Shown here: one piece after another, positions 52,985-63,133 of the stretch
Layout of the letters: every line of letters starts with the position of its first letter
Numbering within the stretch: position 1 is the stretch's first letter
Translations under genes and position numbers: made by a program
Notes under the pieces: generated by a model
What the model saw: only the letters and a program-made list of their open reading frames with translations
What the model was told of the DNA's origin: nothing
The model's database searches: none
Sequence record: PP582757.1
Source: Klebsiella phage vB_KM5a1-KLB31
Reading direction: 5' to 3' (one strand)
DNA: 64,000 nucleotides

Positions 52985-54484
52985 ATGCAAATTAATGTTC
53001 ATTTTGAAAATTTTAGTCATGTTCGTATTGAGTGTGATGAATCCACTTTTTACGAATTAAGAGACTACTTCAGTTTTGAAGCTGATGGGTACAAATTTAA
53101 TCCAAAATACAAGTACGGTCAATGGGACGGACGAATTCGTCTTTTAGACTACAATAAACTTTTACCATTTGGTCTTGTAAGCCAGATGAAGAAATTTGCA
53201 TCTCAATTCGAGTATCATCTTTGGATTGACCCGAAGATTGCAGAAAAAGAAGAGATTAGCAAAGACGATTACACTAAGTGGATTGATGGCCTTGATATTT
53301 ACTCAGGCAATACTCAAATCAAGCCACATTGGTATCAATTTGACGCCGTGTTGCATGGCCTGACAAATCGTCGCTCGATTCTGAATTTACCTACATCGGC
53401 AGGTAAATCATTAATTCAGGCACTCCTGGCACGTTATTACGTTGAGAACTATGAGGGTAAAATTTTAATCCTGGTCCCAACAACTGCTCTGGTCGATCAG
53501 ATGATTAATGACTTTGCCGATTATCGTTTATTTGGCAAACAGCATATGCTTGGTATTCGTGCTGGGACAAAGCGTGATTCTGATGCAATGATTTATGTTT
53601 CAACATACCAAACCGCAGTGAAACAACCTAAAGAATGGTTCCATCAGTTCGGCATGTTTATGAACGATGAATGCCACTTAGCGACCGGTAAATCTATTTC
53701 TACCATTATTGAAGGGTTAACGAACTGTATGTTTAAGTTCGGTCTTTCAGGTTCTCTGAAAGATGGCAAAGCCAACCTTATGCAATACATGGGTCTGTTT
53801 GGTGATATCTTCCGTCCTGTTTCAACATCACAATTAATGGATGAAGGCGCGGTAACCGAACTGAAAATTAACTCAATCTTCCTTCGTTATCCAGATGAAT
53901 TCTGCGTTAAGATGAAAGGTAAAGATTACCAGACCGAAATTAAAGTTATCACTAAAGCTGATAGACGAAATAAATGGATTGCAAATTTAGCCGTTAAATT
54001 AGCTAAGAAAGACGAGAACGTATTCTTGATGTTCAAAAATATCGAACACGGTAAAAAGCTCGTCGAACTAGTTAAAGAAGCAGGTGGCAAGCAAGTTTAT
54101 TATGTGTCAGGTGAAGTGACTACTGAAGTTCGTAATGCTCTTAAAGTTATGGCCGAAAACGGTAAGGGTATTATCGTAGTAGCTTCTTATGGCGTATTCT
54201 CTACTGGTATCAGTGTTAAGAACTTACACCATATTATTTTCGCTCATCCGGTGAAATCTAAAATTATTGTCTTGCAGACAATTGGCCGAGTTCTTCGTAA
54301 ACATGATTCTAAAGATGTTGCCCAAGTATGGGACATCATTGATGATATGGGTGTTAAACCTAAATCAGCATCTGCTAAAAAGAAATATGTTCACTTGAAC
54401 TACGCGTTGAAACACGCATTAGAGCGTATCCAACGATATGCTGATGAAAAATTTAACTACGTTATGAAACAGGTAGAAATCTAA
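52985..54484 (+). CDS. uvsW: UvsW RNA-DNA / DNA helicase
   Basis: SF2 helicase motifs (PTSAGKS Walker A; DECH box MNDECHLATG); 499 aa. Late promoter at 52947-52954. Confidence 0.9.
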   Translation: MQINVHFENFSHVRIECDESTFYELRDYFSFEADGYKFNPKYKYGQWDGRIRLLDYNKLLPFGLVSQMKKFASQFEYHLWIDPKIAEKEEISKDDYTKWIDGLDIYSGNTQIKPHWYQFDAVLHGLTNRRSILNLPTSAGKSLIQALLARYYVENYEGKILILVPTTALVDQMINDFADYRLFGKQHMLGIRAGTKRDSDAMIYVSTYQTAVKQPKEWFHQFGMFMNDECHLATGKSISTIIEGLTNCMFKFGLSGSLKDGKANLMQYMGLFGDIFRPVSTSQLMDEGAVTELKINSIFLRYPDEFCVKMKGKDYQTEIKVITKADRRNKWIANLAVKLAKKDENVFLMFKNIEHGKKLVELVKEAGGKQVYYVSGEVTTEVRNALKVMAENGKGIIVVASYGVFSTGISVKNLHHIIFAHPVKSKIIVLQTIGRVLRKHDSKDVAQVWDIIDDMGVKPKSASAKKKYVHLNYALKHALERIQRYADEKFNYVMKQVEI

Positions 54485-54711
54485 TGAAATCATTTGCCGA
54501 TATTATGTATGAAGCCGCTATTGAAGGCTTTATGGCTAAAATCGGCTCTTGTCAGACCACGGACGGTTTGAAGGAGCTGGAAGGCTATTACAAGAAACGC
54601 TCTAAAGAAGCAGAACTGAAGGATTCTGATGACATCAGTATTCGTGATGCTTTGGAAGGGAAGAAAATTGAACTTTCGTCTATTGATGACGAGAAAGAAG
54701 AAGACTTCTGA
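54484..54711 (+). CDS. uvsW.1: UvsW.1
   Basis: 75-aa ORF overlapping the uvsW stop, as in T4. Confidence 0.7.
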   Translation: MKSFADIMYEAAIEGFMAKIGSCQTTDGLKELEGYYKKRSKEAELKDSDDISIRDALEGKKIELSSIDDEKEEDF

Positions 54712-54746
54712 TACAAAAAAGCCCCAACCGTAAGGAAGGGGCAAAA
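54712..54746. terminator. Bidirectional terminator (A-run) GCCCCaaccgtaaggaaGGGGC (A-run) between uvsW.1 (+) and the uvsY operon (-)
   Basis: GC stem with T6 on the minus strand. Confidence 0.55.
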
Positions 54747-54767
54747 ACCAACAAGTTGGCTATCACA

Positions 54768-54935
54768 CTAGATTAGTAATTGAGTTTCATTAAGCTGCTC
54801 TTCGGTATTTTCCGTAACTGGCAAGCTTTGGGCATAATTATAACATGGACCTGGATGGCAAGGGCCTTTGTCTGAATGAACAACCAATACAGAGTCGATT
54901 GGAGTTTTACAGACAACACAAATCTGTTCTGACAT
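54768..54935 (-). CDS. Small zinc-ribbon-like protein (CxxC ... CHPGPC), uvsY.-2-like
   Basis: Hand-found 55-aa ORF below the 60-aa track cutoff, with an AGGAGA SD. Occupies the position of T4 uvsY.-1/-2. Confidence 0.4.
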   Translation of the reverse strand: MSEQICVVCKTPIDSVLVVHSDKGPCHPGPCYNYAQSLPVTENTEEQLNETQLLI

Positions 54936-54967
54936 GATTGTCTCCTTAGTTTCTTTTACAAATTTAT

Positions 54968-55399
54968 TTATACATCACCTGCTTCGAACTTGCGAATTTC
55001 ATGCATAGTTTTAAGATTAAAACCACGTGCCTTGATTGCATCAAGAGCAGAACTAGCAAAGTCTTGCAACAGTTGCCAATATTGAATGCTTGTATCAATC
55101 TTTAACAGACTTGAATCAGCAGCCAATACGGTTTTCATTTCGGACCTTTCATATTGGTCCATACACACTTCTTCGCCTGGCTCACCACGACCAGTATAGA
55201 AATCCAATGCCTTTTTACCAGCAGTCTTTTTCTGAATTTCCAACCTCATGATTTCCTTCTTACAGTTACTATAAAGGCGAAGCCACTTGCTGTGCAGCAA
55301 GACGTTGTTCTGTACTTCCCACTGCAATTTAGTACTGTCAATCTTTAAATCACCATCCAATTCATCTTGGAAAGCTTCTAACTTAAACTCTACTGCCAT
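54968..55399 (-). CDS. uvsY: Recombination mediator UvsY
   Basis: Aligns with T4 UvsY (KIDSTKLQWE..NNVLLHSKWL, ERSEMKTVLAAD, GFNLK). Confidence 0.9.
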   Translation of the reverse strand: MAVEFKLEAFQDELDGDLKIDSTKLQWEVQNNVLLHSKWLRLYSNCKKEIMRLEIQKKTAGKKALDFYTGRGEPGEEVCMDQYERSEMKTVLAADSSLLKIDTSIQYWQLLQDFASSALDAIKARGFNLKTMHEIRKFEAGDV

Positions 55400-55457
55400 A
55401 ATGTTTTCCTGTTAAACAACCCATAGACCCATTATAACATCACATTCCAGGGAGCAA

Positions 55458-55847
55458 TTAGGCTGATGCCGACAACTGAACTCTGATTTGCTCTAAAGTA
55501 TCTGGGTCATCGACAATACTGAACTGAACTGTGACTATGACGGTGTTATCATCATAGATTGGAGTTACTTGGACCGTTAGACGTGAAATACGTGGTTCGA
55601 AGTTCCGCACAGCGGAAACAATATTTCTTTGAATTGTATCAGCAATTAATGGTGACATGTTTTCGAATAACTGGTCACTGATATCGCATCCAAAATCAGG
55701 CATAAAAGGGCGTGAACCCTTACGTGTGGTTATAATACCTAAAAGACTGTTTTTTACTGCTCGAGCACCAACAACCTTAGCAACGTCATGCTTCCAGTCT
55801 TGAGACATTTCGGGGCTTAAATCCGAATACATCAAATTGATATTCAT
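55458..55847 (-). CDS. 25: Baseplate wedge protein gp25
   Basis: Near-collinear with T4 gp25 (LLGIITTRKGSRPFMPDFGCD..DQLFENM..). Confidence 0.9.
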   Translation of the reverse strand: MNINLMYSDLSPEMSQDWKHDVAKVVGARAVKNSLLGIITTRKGSRPFMPDFGCDISDQLFENMSPLIADTIQRNIVSAVRNFEPRISRLTVQVTPIYDDNTVIVTVQFSIVDDPDTLEQIRVQLSASA

Positions 55848-56476
55848 TATAACACCTTAAAGAACTCTTTAAGTCCCTTGATAACATGGACATGAGATTC
55901 GCCACACTCACAAGAGATAGGCACTGCCAACTGTATTTGAGGGCGTGTTAACATCAAAGATATACGTTCGATGTCTTCAGTTGTTATGGCCGCATAAAGG
56001 TCATCGATTTCAGCGTCTGAAAGATCGTCTACTGAAAGGGTGGTTCCGTCCGGGATAACAATGTATTCAATACATTCTGCTACCATTTGTGCTTTGTTCT
56101 TATCTTGGAATAAGCCTGGGTAACGGAATTTTACTTTGAATTCTTTAAATGAGTACAGAAGCTCTTCTGTTGAATCTACACTCGCATGCATAAGGTTAAT
56201 TGGGATAGGAATTTCTTTCCCACAGGCGCATTCCCAGGTACGTTCTACGTTAACTTCGCCTATAGAGTTAGCCCAAAGATTAACTAACAGAAGTTCACCT
56301 TCATGACGAGTCAAATCTTTTGCATCGGTACATTTTTTAATCAATGAAAGAATCTCATCTTCCATACGACCTTCTAATTTAGCTTGTAAAAGGTCTTTGT
56401 ATTCTCTTAGTGTGAACGCTCTGCACTGGATATCTGTTTTGCCGATGCGAGCAATAAATTTATATTCATTAGGCAT
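55847..56476 (-). CDS. 26: Baseplate hub protein gp26
   Basis: 209 aa (T4 gp26 is 208 aa). Divergent late promoter shared with gene 51. Confidence 0.85.
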   Translation of the reverse strand: MPNEYKFIARIGKTDIQCRAFTLREYKDLLQAKLEGRMEDEILSLIKKCTDAKDLTRHEGELLLVNLWANSIGEVNVERTWECACGKEIPIPINLMHASVDSTEELLYSFKEFKVKFRYPGLFQDKNKAQMVAECIEYIVIPDGTTLSVDDLSDAEIDDLYAAITTEDIERISLMLTRPQIQLAVPISCECGESHVHVIKGLKEFFKVL

Positions 56477-56497
56477 AATTAGCTCCTCTTATATGAC

Positions 56498-56509
56498 TAT
56501 TTATAAATA
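56498..56509. promoter_or_regulatory. Divergent late promoters (TATAAATA + at 56502-56509 for gene 51; - at 56498-56505 for gene 26)
   Basis: Overlapping exact consensus on both strands. Confidence 0.6.
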
Positions 56510-56526
56510 CACGAAAGGAGATACTC

Positions 56527-57276
56527 ATGGCTAATATTATTCGTTGTAAAATGCCGGACGGTGTCCATCGTTTCAAGCCGTTTACAGTCGCAGACTATAG
56601 AGATTTTCTTTTGGTTCGAAATGATATGGGCAATAAGTCCGAAGAAGAACAAATCATTCTTTTAGATGAAATGCTTGAAGATTATTTCGGAGATTATCCG
56701 AAATCTTGGCGTCCATACATGTTCGTCCAGGTTTATTCCGGTTCGATAGGTAAAACAAAAATACCTGTTATGTATGAATGCAGCACTTGTGGTAAAAACA
56801 AACAGTTTTTATTTAACATGGCTCAAGATGAACTTAAAGCTCCTTCAATAGAAGTGGCAGGCCTTAAAATAGAATTTAACTTCCCGGATGAAATACTAGA
56901 AGACAAATCTGAAATGATTCTTTCTACCATAAAGTCGGTTGAAGATTCTAATGCAAAATACAGTTGGGCTTCATTATCCGAAGAAGAACAAGTCGCAGTA
57001 ATTGATGCCATTGATTTAGAATCCTTTGAGTCTCTTATGAAGCAGATGGCTCCAATTCGATTCGATATAAAGTTTGGATGTTGTCAGAAACGTCATATTG
57101 TTTACGAACGTTTCATCGACATTTTCAGATTATTACTGAACCCTGATGAAGTTTTTTCCTTCTATCAAGTAAACCATTTGCTGGTCAAAAATCATTACAA
57201 TTTAGAAAGTATTATGCAAATGATTCCTATTGAACGCAGTATTGCACTCTCACTAGTTGAAAAGGACCTTAAATGA
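56527..57276 (+). CDS. 51: Baseplate hub assembly catalyst gp51
   Basis: 249 aa, as in T4. Late promoter at 56502-56509. Confidence 0.85.
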   Translation: MANIIRCKMPDGVHRFKPFTVADYRDFLLVRNDMGNKSEEEQIILLDEMLEDYFGDYPKSWRPYMFVQVYSGSIGKTKIPVMYECSTCGKNKQFLFNMAQDELKAPSIEVAGLKIEFNFPDEILEDKSEMILSTIKSVEDSNAKYSWASLSEEEQVAVIDAIDLESFESLMKQMAPIRFDIKFGCCQKRHIVYERFIDIFRLLLNPDEVFSFYQVNHLLVKNHYNLESIMQMIPIERSIALSLVEKDLK

Positions 57277-58460
57277 GTAAGACTATTCAACGTGAAGGTT
57301 ATCCTAATATAAGCATCAAACTTTATCAAGACTATGATGCTTGGCTTGAACACCGATTTGTCGAGTTGGCTGCAACCTTTACTACATTAACAATGCGTGA
57401 TGGCCTTTACGGTCGCAATGAAGGCCTTCTTCAGTTTTATGATGCAAAGAACCTTCACACTAAAATGGATGGCGAACAGATTATTCAAATATCCGTAGGT
57501 AACGCTAATACTCAGCGTACTCAAACCAGGATATATGGATGCAAACACTTTTCAGTGAGTGTTGACTCTAAAGGTGATAACATAATCACAATCCAATTGG
57601 CAACCATTCATTCATTAGAAGATTTGAAGTTTAGTCGGATGTTCTTCCCTAGTGTTCAAGAAACACTGACAGAAATGATTGGTGTGATTTATCAAGACAG
57701 ACCTTTGATAGCTCCTCCTATAAATGGAATAAACGTTTATGTTCCTAACGTTCCATGGTGTGACAATATAAACCAATACATGAGCTTTGTTCGTGATATG
57801 GGTCTCGCCGTTGATTCAGACAAATTCGTATTTGTCTGGGAAGATATCGACGGGATTGAAATCATGGATTACGAAATGATGATAGCCCAAGAGCCTATTA
57901 ATTTCGTCGTCGGTGAACCACGACTCATTGGTCAATATGTTCAGGACCTTGAAACTCCTATTGCTTTTGATTTTGAATGGCTTGTAAAAGCTAACCAACA
58001 TTCACGTAAGCCGTATGAGAACGCTACTGTGTATGCACATAGTTTTCTTGATAAAAGTGCTACACGAGTTACATTTGGTGAAGGACAAAACAGTATTCTG
58101 GTTTCTCGCTCCGGTGCTTATTCTGAAGCAACATATCGAAATGGTTTTGAAGAGGCCCAACGATTAATTACTATGACACAATATGATGGGTATGCTCATT
58201 GTAAGACGTTTGGTAATTTTGAATTGACTCCTGGCGATAAGATTAACTTCTATGACCCTAAGAACCAATTCCAGTACGATTTTTACGTAGATGAAGTTAT
58301 TCACGAGATGAGTAACAACACGTCTATAACGAACTTATACATGTTTACAAACGGCAAGGCAATTAAAGTCGAAGAGCCGCCTAAGGTTAAAAATGAACTT
58401 AAAACTTATTCTCCCGATCAAGAAAATAACGATGAAGGGGAAGACGGTCAGTCTTCCTAA
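57273..58460 (+). CDS. 27: Baseplate hub protein gp27
   Basis: 395 aa (T4 gp27 is 391 aa). Confidence 0.9.
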   Translation: MSKTIQREGYPNISIKLYQDYDAWLEHRFVELAATFTTLTMRDGLYGRNEGLLQFYDAKNLHTKMDGEQIIQISVGNANTQRTQTRIYGCKHFSVSVDSKGDNIITIQLATIHSLEDLKFSRMFFPSVQETLTEMIGVIYQDRPLIAPPINGINVYVPNVPWCDNINQYMSFVRDMGLAVDSDKFVFVWEDIDGIEIMDYEMMIAQEPINFVVGEPRLIGQYVQDLETPIAFDFEWLVKANQHSRKPYENATVYAHSFLDKSATRVTFGEGQNSILVSRSGAYSEATYRNGFEEAQRLITMTQYDGYAHCKTFGNFELTPGDKINFYDPKNQFQYDFYVDEVIHEMSNNTSITNLYMFTNGKAIKVEEPPKVKNELKTYSPDQENNDEGEDGQSS

Positions 58461-58917
58461 GCTTGGTCTTAAACACCACAATATGGTAAAAGATGAGAAG
58501 AACCCCTTAGTGGCTCTTAAAACTATAATGAATTCGATTCATCCTGGATTGAATGCAGCCGAAACCGACTTCATTAGTTTGCATCTTTTAGAATTCAATA
58601 ACAAATTAAAAAGTGAAGTCACTAAAGATGGGTTCACTTATAAATTAGACGATGTTTATATTTGCCAAAGGCTTGAGTTCCAATTTGGTGGTAAAGAATA
58701 CAAGTTTCGTTCACATGAGCCATTTGAACAATTTGGTCCTGTTGATGACGTACTGAAAACTCTTTATCTTGGTGATGATATACCAGATTTTCTGGATATG
58801 CCGGCCTTTGTTTCTAAATGGGCCGACGACATAACTAGCACAGTAGCTATTCCAGGTCCTAATGGTCCTATTAAAGGAATGCTCCAGATTATGGACCTAT
58901 TAAATGAAGAAAAATAA
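58429..58917 (+). CDS. 28: Baseplate hub distal protein gp28 (start uncertain; track ORF begins at 58393)
   Basis: Conserved position between genes 27 and 29. Confidence 0.65.
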   Translation, partial: TMKGKTVSLPKLGLKHHNMVKDEKNPLVALKTIMNSIHPGLNAAETDFISLHLLEFNNKLKSEVTKDGFTYKLDDVYICQRLEFQFGGKEYKFRSHEPFEQFGPVDDVLKTLYLGDDIPDFLDMPAFVSKWADDITSTVAIPGPNGPIKGMLQIMDLLNEEK

Positions 58918-60670
58918 TTCCGAATCACAGAGCTTCCGTCGTAAGAAGCTCATTGAAGATATGGCGCCTCAACGTCGTGCTGAGGCCCTGGCGTCTTCTC
59001 AAAATGAAGAGCTAAGTAACATTGCCGATCAGATGAAAGACGCCCAGGCGGCGTCTGAGATGACTGCAGAGGCTATTGAGAACAAAGGCAACCAGATTAT
59101 AGGTTCTTTGAATAATCTGGATAAAAGCATTAAAGACGTAGTCGCCGGTACGGAAATAACGTCCGAAGCAGTAGAACGTGTAGCCGTTAATACCCAAGCA
59201 ACGACCGGAGCAGCAAGAGCAATTTCCGCAAAGATTTCTAAGCTGACCGATATGCTTGCGGAGAAATTGTCTAGTGAGGTTAAAAAATCTCCTAGCACTC
59301 AAGAAACAACCACTTTAGCCGCTCTTCAAGAAGCTATGCCTATTCAGGTTGAACAACCTAAATTGGAAGAACTTATAGCTCAATTGATACCACAAGGTCC
59401 TATTCCAGAAGATGCCCCTTTCTTACCACCTCCGACGACTCCACAGGAAGAAACGGAAAATAAGAAAGACAAGGATAAAAAGACCGATGATGCCGGCTTT
59501 AAAATGGATGACCTCCTTAAAATAACTAAAGGCGGTTTTAAGGCTGTTGTTTCTGTTTCTGATAAAATTGCTAGTATGCTTTTCAAATATACTGTGACGG
59601 CTTTAGCTAATGCAGCTAAATTTGCTGCCCAGATGTTTGCATTAGTCCTTGGTATCGACATGATTCAAGTCTACTTCCAGTATTTCATGAAGCAATTTGA
59701 AGCCGGATGGAAAGACTTCAATGACAAATTCAAGGAATGGGGACCAATTCTAGAAGGCTTAATGACCTTTGCTAAAAATGCCCAGACGATGTTCAGTGAG
59801 AAAAACTGGATTGGATTGGCTACTGCAATAGTTAAAGGAATGGTATCGCTGACAGAAAATATGGCAAATCTTTTAATGTTAGGCATCGGCAAATTAACTG
59901 CCGCCATGCTCCGTGCATTAGGTTTTAATGATGCAGCCGATAATGTTGAAGGTTCATCTTTAATGACGTATCAGCAGAAAACTGGTGCCACATTAGATGA
60001 CCAGGACCAGACAACTTTGGCTAAATACCAAGACCGTAAAGATGCTGAAGCATTTGAAGCTAAAAAGGACATGGACAAACGCTTTAAAGGTAAAGACAAA
60101 GGACTTGCCGTAGCCGAGCAATACGGAACTGTTTCAAAAGAAACAGCCGAAGAAATTCGTTCAGGTGGAATCGATTCTACATTCCGTGATATGCCAGAAG
60201 AGCAACGTCTCGACATAATCAAAAAGCGTAATAATGCCCAGGCTGATATTATTCGTCTGACTAAAACGGCCGAAGATATTATGAAGCCTGATGCAGTCGA
60301 TAAGAAAAATGCTAAAGAGTCTTATGATGATATTCAAAAACAACTTAATGACCCTGCATTAAAGGCCGCTCCTAAAGATTTAAATATGGAACAGCTTATC
60401 GATAAAATGAACAAATCACTTGAGAAATTTAATGACCAACCGGCATTAAAACCTCAGCCGATAGAACAACGTGAAGAAACCCAACAGGCTAAACGCGTTG
60501 ATGAAGGTTTGAAAGCTAAAGCTTCTTCAGTAAATACTCCGGCTGGTACAGGTTTACAAAATCTGGTCCAGCAAGTGAACGTTCAGAAAAATAGTAAAAC
60601 CCAGTACAACGTGCCACCACAATCAGCTACACCTGCTCCTGGTATGCACGGTGCTACTCGAGTTAATTAA
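58904..60670 (+). CDS. 29: Baseplate hub / tail tube tape-measure protein gp29
   Basis: 588 aa (T4 gp29 is 590 aa); helical. Confidence 0.85.
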   Translation: MKKNNSESQSFRRKKLIEDMAPQRRAEALASSQNEELSNIADQMKDAQAASEMTAEAIENKGNQIIGSLNNLDKSIKDVVAGTEITSEAVERVAVNTQATTGAARAISAKISKLTDMLAEKLSSEVKKSPSTQETTTLAALQEAMPIQVEQPKLEELIAQLIPQGPIPEDAPFLPPPTTPQEETENKKDKDKKTDDAGFKMDDLLKITKGGFKAVVSVSDKIASMLFKYTVTALANAAKFAAQMFALVLGIDMIQVYFQYFMKQFEAGWKDFNDKFKEWGPILEGLMTFAKNAQTMFSEKNWIGLATAIVKGMVSLTENMANLLMLGIGKLTAAMLRALGFNDAADNVEGSSLMTYQQKTGATLDDQDQTTLAKYQDRKDAEAFEAKKDMDKRFKGKDKGLAVAEQYGTVSKETAEEIRSGGIDSTFRDMPEEQRLDIIKKRNNAQADIIRLTKTAEDIMKPDAVDKKNAKESYDDIQKQLNDPALKAAPKDLNMEQLIDKMNKSLEKFNDQPALKPQPIEQREETQQAKRVDEGLKAKASSVNTPAGTGLQNLVQQVNVQKNSKTQYNVPPQSATPAPGMHGATRVN

Positions 60671-60678
60671 GGAATAAC

Positions 60679-61746
60679 ATGCAGATTAAAGAACTAACTG
60701 GTGAAGATGTTTGGAATACATGGAAAGGCGGAGAATCGGTCTCCGCTGGCCAATCCAAAATGAAAAGCACCCAGAAAACAATTAGCGCTCAATACCCAGC
60801 CGAACGTGCTGCCGGTAATGATAACACTCTGGACCTGCGTGTTAACGATCTTTATAAGAATGGGCTGTTATTTACAGCCTATGACTATTCTGCTCGAACT
60901 ACGCCAGATATGCGTTCATTACGTGAGCAGTTCCAAAAAGGTGTATTAAAAGGTGGTTTTAACCCACTTAAGAAATTTATTGCCGGTTCATATAACACAG
61001 ACAATTTTGATTCTACTCCGGTTGCGAACCTTTTACTTCCGAGGTCTAAATCTGACGTTGAATCGGTTTCCCATAAATTCAACGATGTTGGCGAATCACT
61101 TATTTCACGCGGCGGCGGTACTGCAACAGGTGTTTTAAGTAACTTGGCTTCTCATGCTGTATTCGGTGCCCTTGAATCCATGACTAATGGTGTAATGGCC
61201 GATGCTGGAGAACAAATTTATACTACGGCACGAAGCATGTACGCAGGTCCTGATAACCGTACTAAAGTATTTACTTGGGAAATGACTCCACGTAATGTAC
61301 AGGACCTTATTCAAATCATCAAAATTTATGAAGTGTTTAACTATTATTCTTATGGTGAAACAGGCAACAGTGCTATGGCTTCTGAACTTAAAGAACAAAT
61401 AGACACTTGGTATAAGTCTACATTCTTTAAAAAGGAAGCTATTGATTCATTTGAAGGAACTACAGCTGGTGAAGCTATTACTAGTTTCCTTTCAAACGTA
61501 ATTGTCGTAAGCAACCCGACTGTATGGTTTATTCGCAACTTTGGTCAGACAAGTTCATTTGATGGACGAGCCGACGTATTTGGCCCTTGTCAAATACAAA
61601 GTGTTCGATTTGATAAATCTCCGGATGGTCATTTTACGGGTCTTGCCGTAGCGCCTAACTTGCCGAGTACGTTTGTTCTGGAAATTACTTTCCGTGAAAT
61701 CCTGACACTGAACCGTGGCTCACTTTATTTGGGTGGTATTCAATAA
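60679..61746 (+). CDS. 48: Baseplate-tail tube junction protein gp48
   Basis: 355 aa; conserved order. Confidence 0.85.
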   Translation: MQIKELTGEDVWNTWKGGESVSAGQSKMKSTQKTISAQYPAERAAGNDNTLDLRVNDLYKNGLLFTAYDYSARTTPDMRSLREQFQKGVLKGGFNPLKKFIAGSYNTDNFDSTPVANLLLPRSKSDVESVSHKFNDVGESLISRGGGTATGVLSNLASHAVFGALESMTNGVMADAGEQIYTTARSMYAGPDNRTKVFTWEMTPRNVQDLIQIIKIYEVFNYYSYGETGNSAMASELKEQIDTWYKSTFFKKEAIDSFEGTTAGEAITSFLSNVIVVSNPTVWFIRNFGQTSSFDGRADVFGPCQIQSVRFDKSPDGHFTGLAVAPNLPSTFVLEITFREILTLNRGSLYLGGIQ

Positions 61747-62708
61747 TGTTTACATTACAGGAATTTCAAAACCAAGCGGCGAATATAGACTTTCAGCGTA
61801 ATAACTTATTCAGTGTGGTCTTTGCGACCACACCTTCTTCTAAATCTCAGGCATTACTTGACCAGTTTGGTGGAGCATTATTTAACAATTTGCCATTAGA
61901 CACCGACTGGTTCGGTATTACTCAAGGTGAAGTGACTCAAGGTATTACTACACTGATTACGGCGGGTACACAACAGCTTATTCGTAAATCAGGTGTAAGT
62001 AAATATTTGATTGGGGCAATGAGCAACCGTGTTGTTCAAAGTTTATTAGGCGAGTTTGAAGTCGGGACTTATTTGATTGACTTCTTCAATATGGCTTATC
62101 CTACTGCCGGATTATTAGTTCATACGGTTAAAGTTCCTGACAACCAATTGAACTATGAAATGGACTTGAACCATAACGCCCCGAACATTAAAATAACAGG
62201 TCGTGAATACGCTCCGTTTATTTTAAGTTTCCGTATGGATTCAGAAGCGGCAAACTATCGTGCATTCAATGATTGGGTTAACGCAGTCCAAGACCCAGTG
62301 ACAGGTCTTCGTGCTTTACCTGAAGACGTCGAAGCCGATATCCAAGTTAACTTACACGCACGTAATGGTTTACCACATACCGTAGTAATGATGCAAGGAT
62401 GTGTCCCTGTGGGCGTCAGCGCGCCCGAGCTCAGTTATGATGGTGATAATCAGATTGCTACGTTCGATGTGACCTTCGCATACAGAGTGATGTCTACCGG
62501 CGCCGTAGGTGAACAAGCAGCATACGACTGGTTAGAAGATAAAGCTATCAACGTCATCAACAAAATAAATCCTATGCAATCACTTTCACAAGAAGTTGCA
62601 AGATTAAGTCGTTTGTCGGGTGCTCAGAGTGGAATGAGAAACTTACTGAATGGATTTGGCAGTGGTGGCTTGACAGGGGTTGTATCTGGCGGTGGCAGGA
62701 TATTATAA
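61746..62708 (+). CDS. 54: Baseplate-tail tube junction (tube initiator) protein gp54
   Basis: 320 aa, identical length to T4 gp54. Confidence 0.85.
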   Translation: MFTLQEFQNQAANIDFQRNNLFSVVFATTPSSKSQALLDQFGGALFNNLPLDTDWFGITQGEVTQGITTLITAGTQQLIRKSGVSKYLIGAMSNRVVQSLLGEFEVGTYLIDFFNMAYPTAGLLVHTVKVPDNQLNYEMDLNHNAPNIKITGREYAPFILSFRMDSEAANYRAFNDWVNAVQDPVTGLRALPEDVEADIQVNLHARNGLPHTVVMMQGCVPVGVSAPELSYDGDNQIATFDVTFAYRVMSTGAVGEQAAYDWLEDKAINVINKINPMQSLSQEVARLSRLSGAQSGMRNLLNGFGSGGLTGVVSGGGRIL

Positions 62709-62711
62709 CGA

Positions 62712-62752
62712 AAAAAGGGAGAGCGTTTGCTCTCCCTTAGGGGTTTATTTAC
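62712..62752. terminator. Bidirectional terminator AAAAAAGGGAGAGCgtttGCTCTCCCTT + GGGGTTTATTT after gene 54
   Basis: 9-bp stem flanked by A-run and T-rich tail. Confidence 0.6.
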
Positions 62753-63074
62753 GGAAGCCTAAGAATGCAGGCACAACCATATCTGCATCAGGCAATTCAG
62801 CTTCTGATTCAAATTCTTCCATCGGTTTGGCATTGAAGAAAACAGAAATATTAACAGGCGCTTCACTTTCGAATTGACCTGTGATAATACCAGTAAAGAT
62901 ATTATCAGTCTGCGCTTCATTAATGAAGTTTGCTGCTGGTCTGATGTTGAACTGAGCTTTTTCACCAAACACCTTACGAAGTTCAGTAATCAGCATTTCG
63001 TTAAAAGCTGGTTCCACGATACGAACGTTGTCCATGGAAGTTTCAGTGCCGTTAAAACGAATGAATGAACGCAT
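62745..63074 (-). CDS. Hypothetical protein (alt.-x-like)
   Basis: 109-aa ORF between gene 54 and alt, as the T4 alt.-1..-3 ORFs are. Early promoter at ~63105-63133. Confidence 0.35.
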   Translation of the reverse strand: MRSFIRFNGTETSMDNVRIVEPAFNEMLITELRKVFGEKAQFNIRPAANFINEAQTDNIFTGIITGQFESEAPVNISVFFNAKPMEEFESEAELPDADMVVPAFLGFRK

Positions 63075-63104
63075 TTTGATATCCTCACTTGTGATTGAGA
63101 TTAC

Positions 63105-63133
63105 ATCATAACACGTTCATTCGGCGTTGTAAA
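63105..63133 (-). promoter_or_regulatory. T4-type early promoter (GTTTAC-N17-TATGAT)
   Basis: Minus-strand GTTTACaacgccgaatgaacgtgtTATGAT. Confidence 0.5.
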
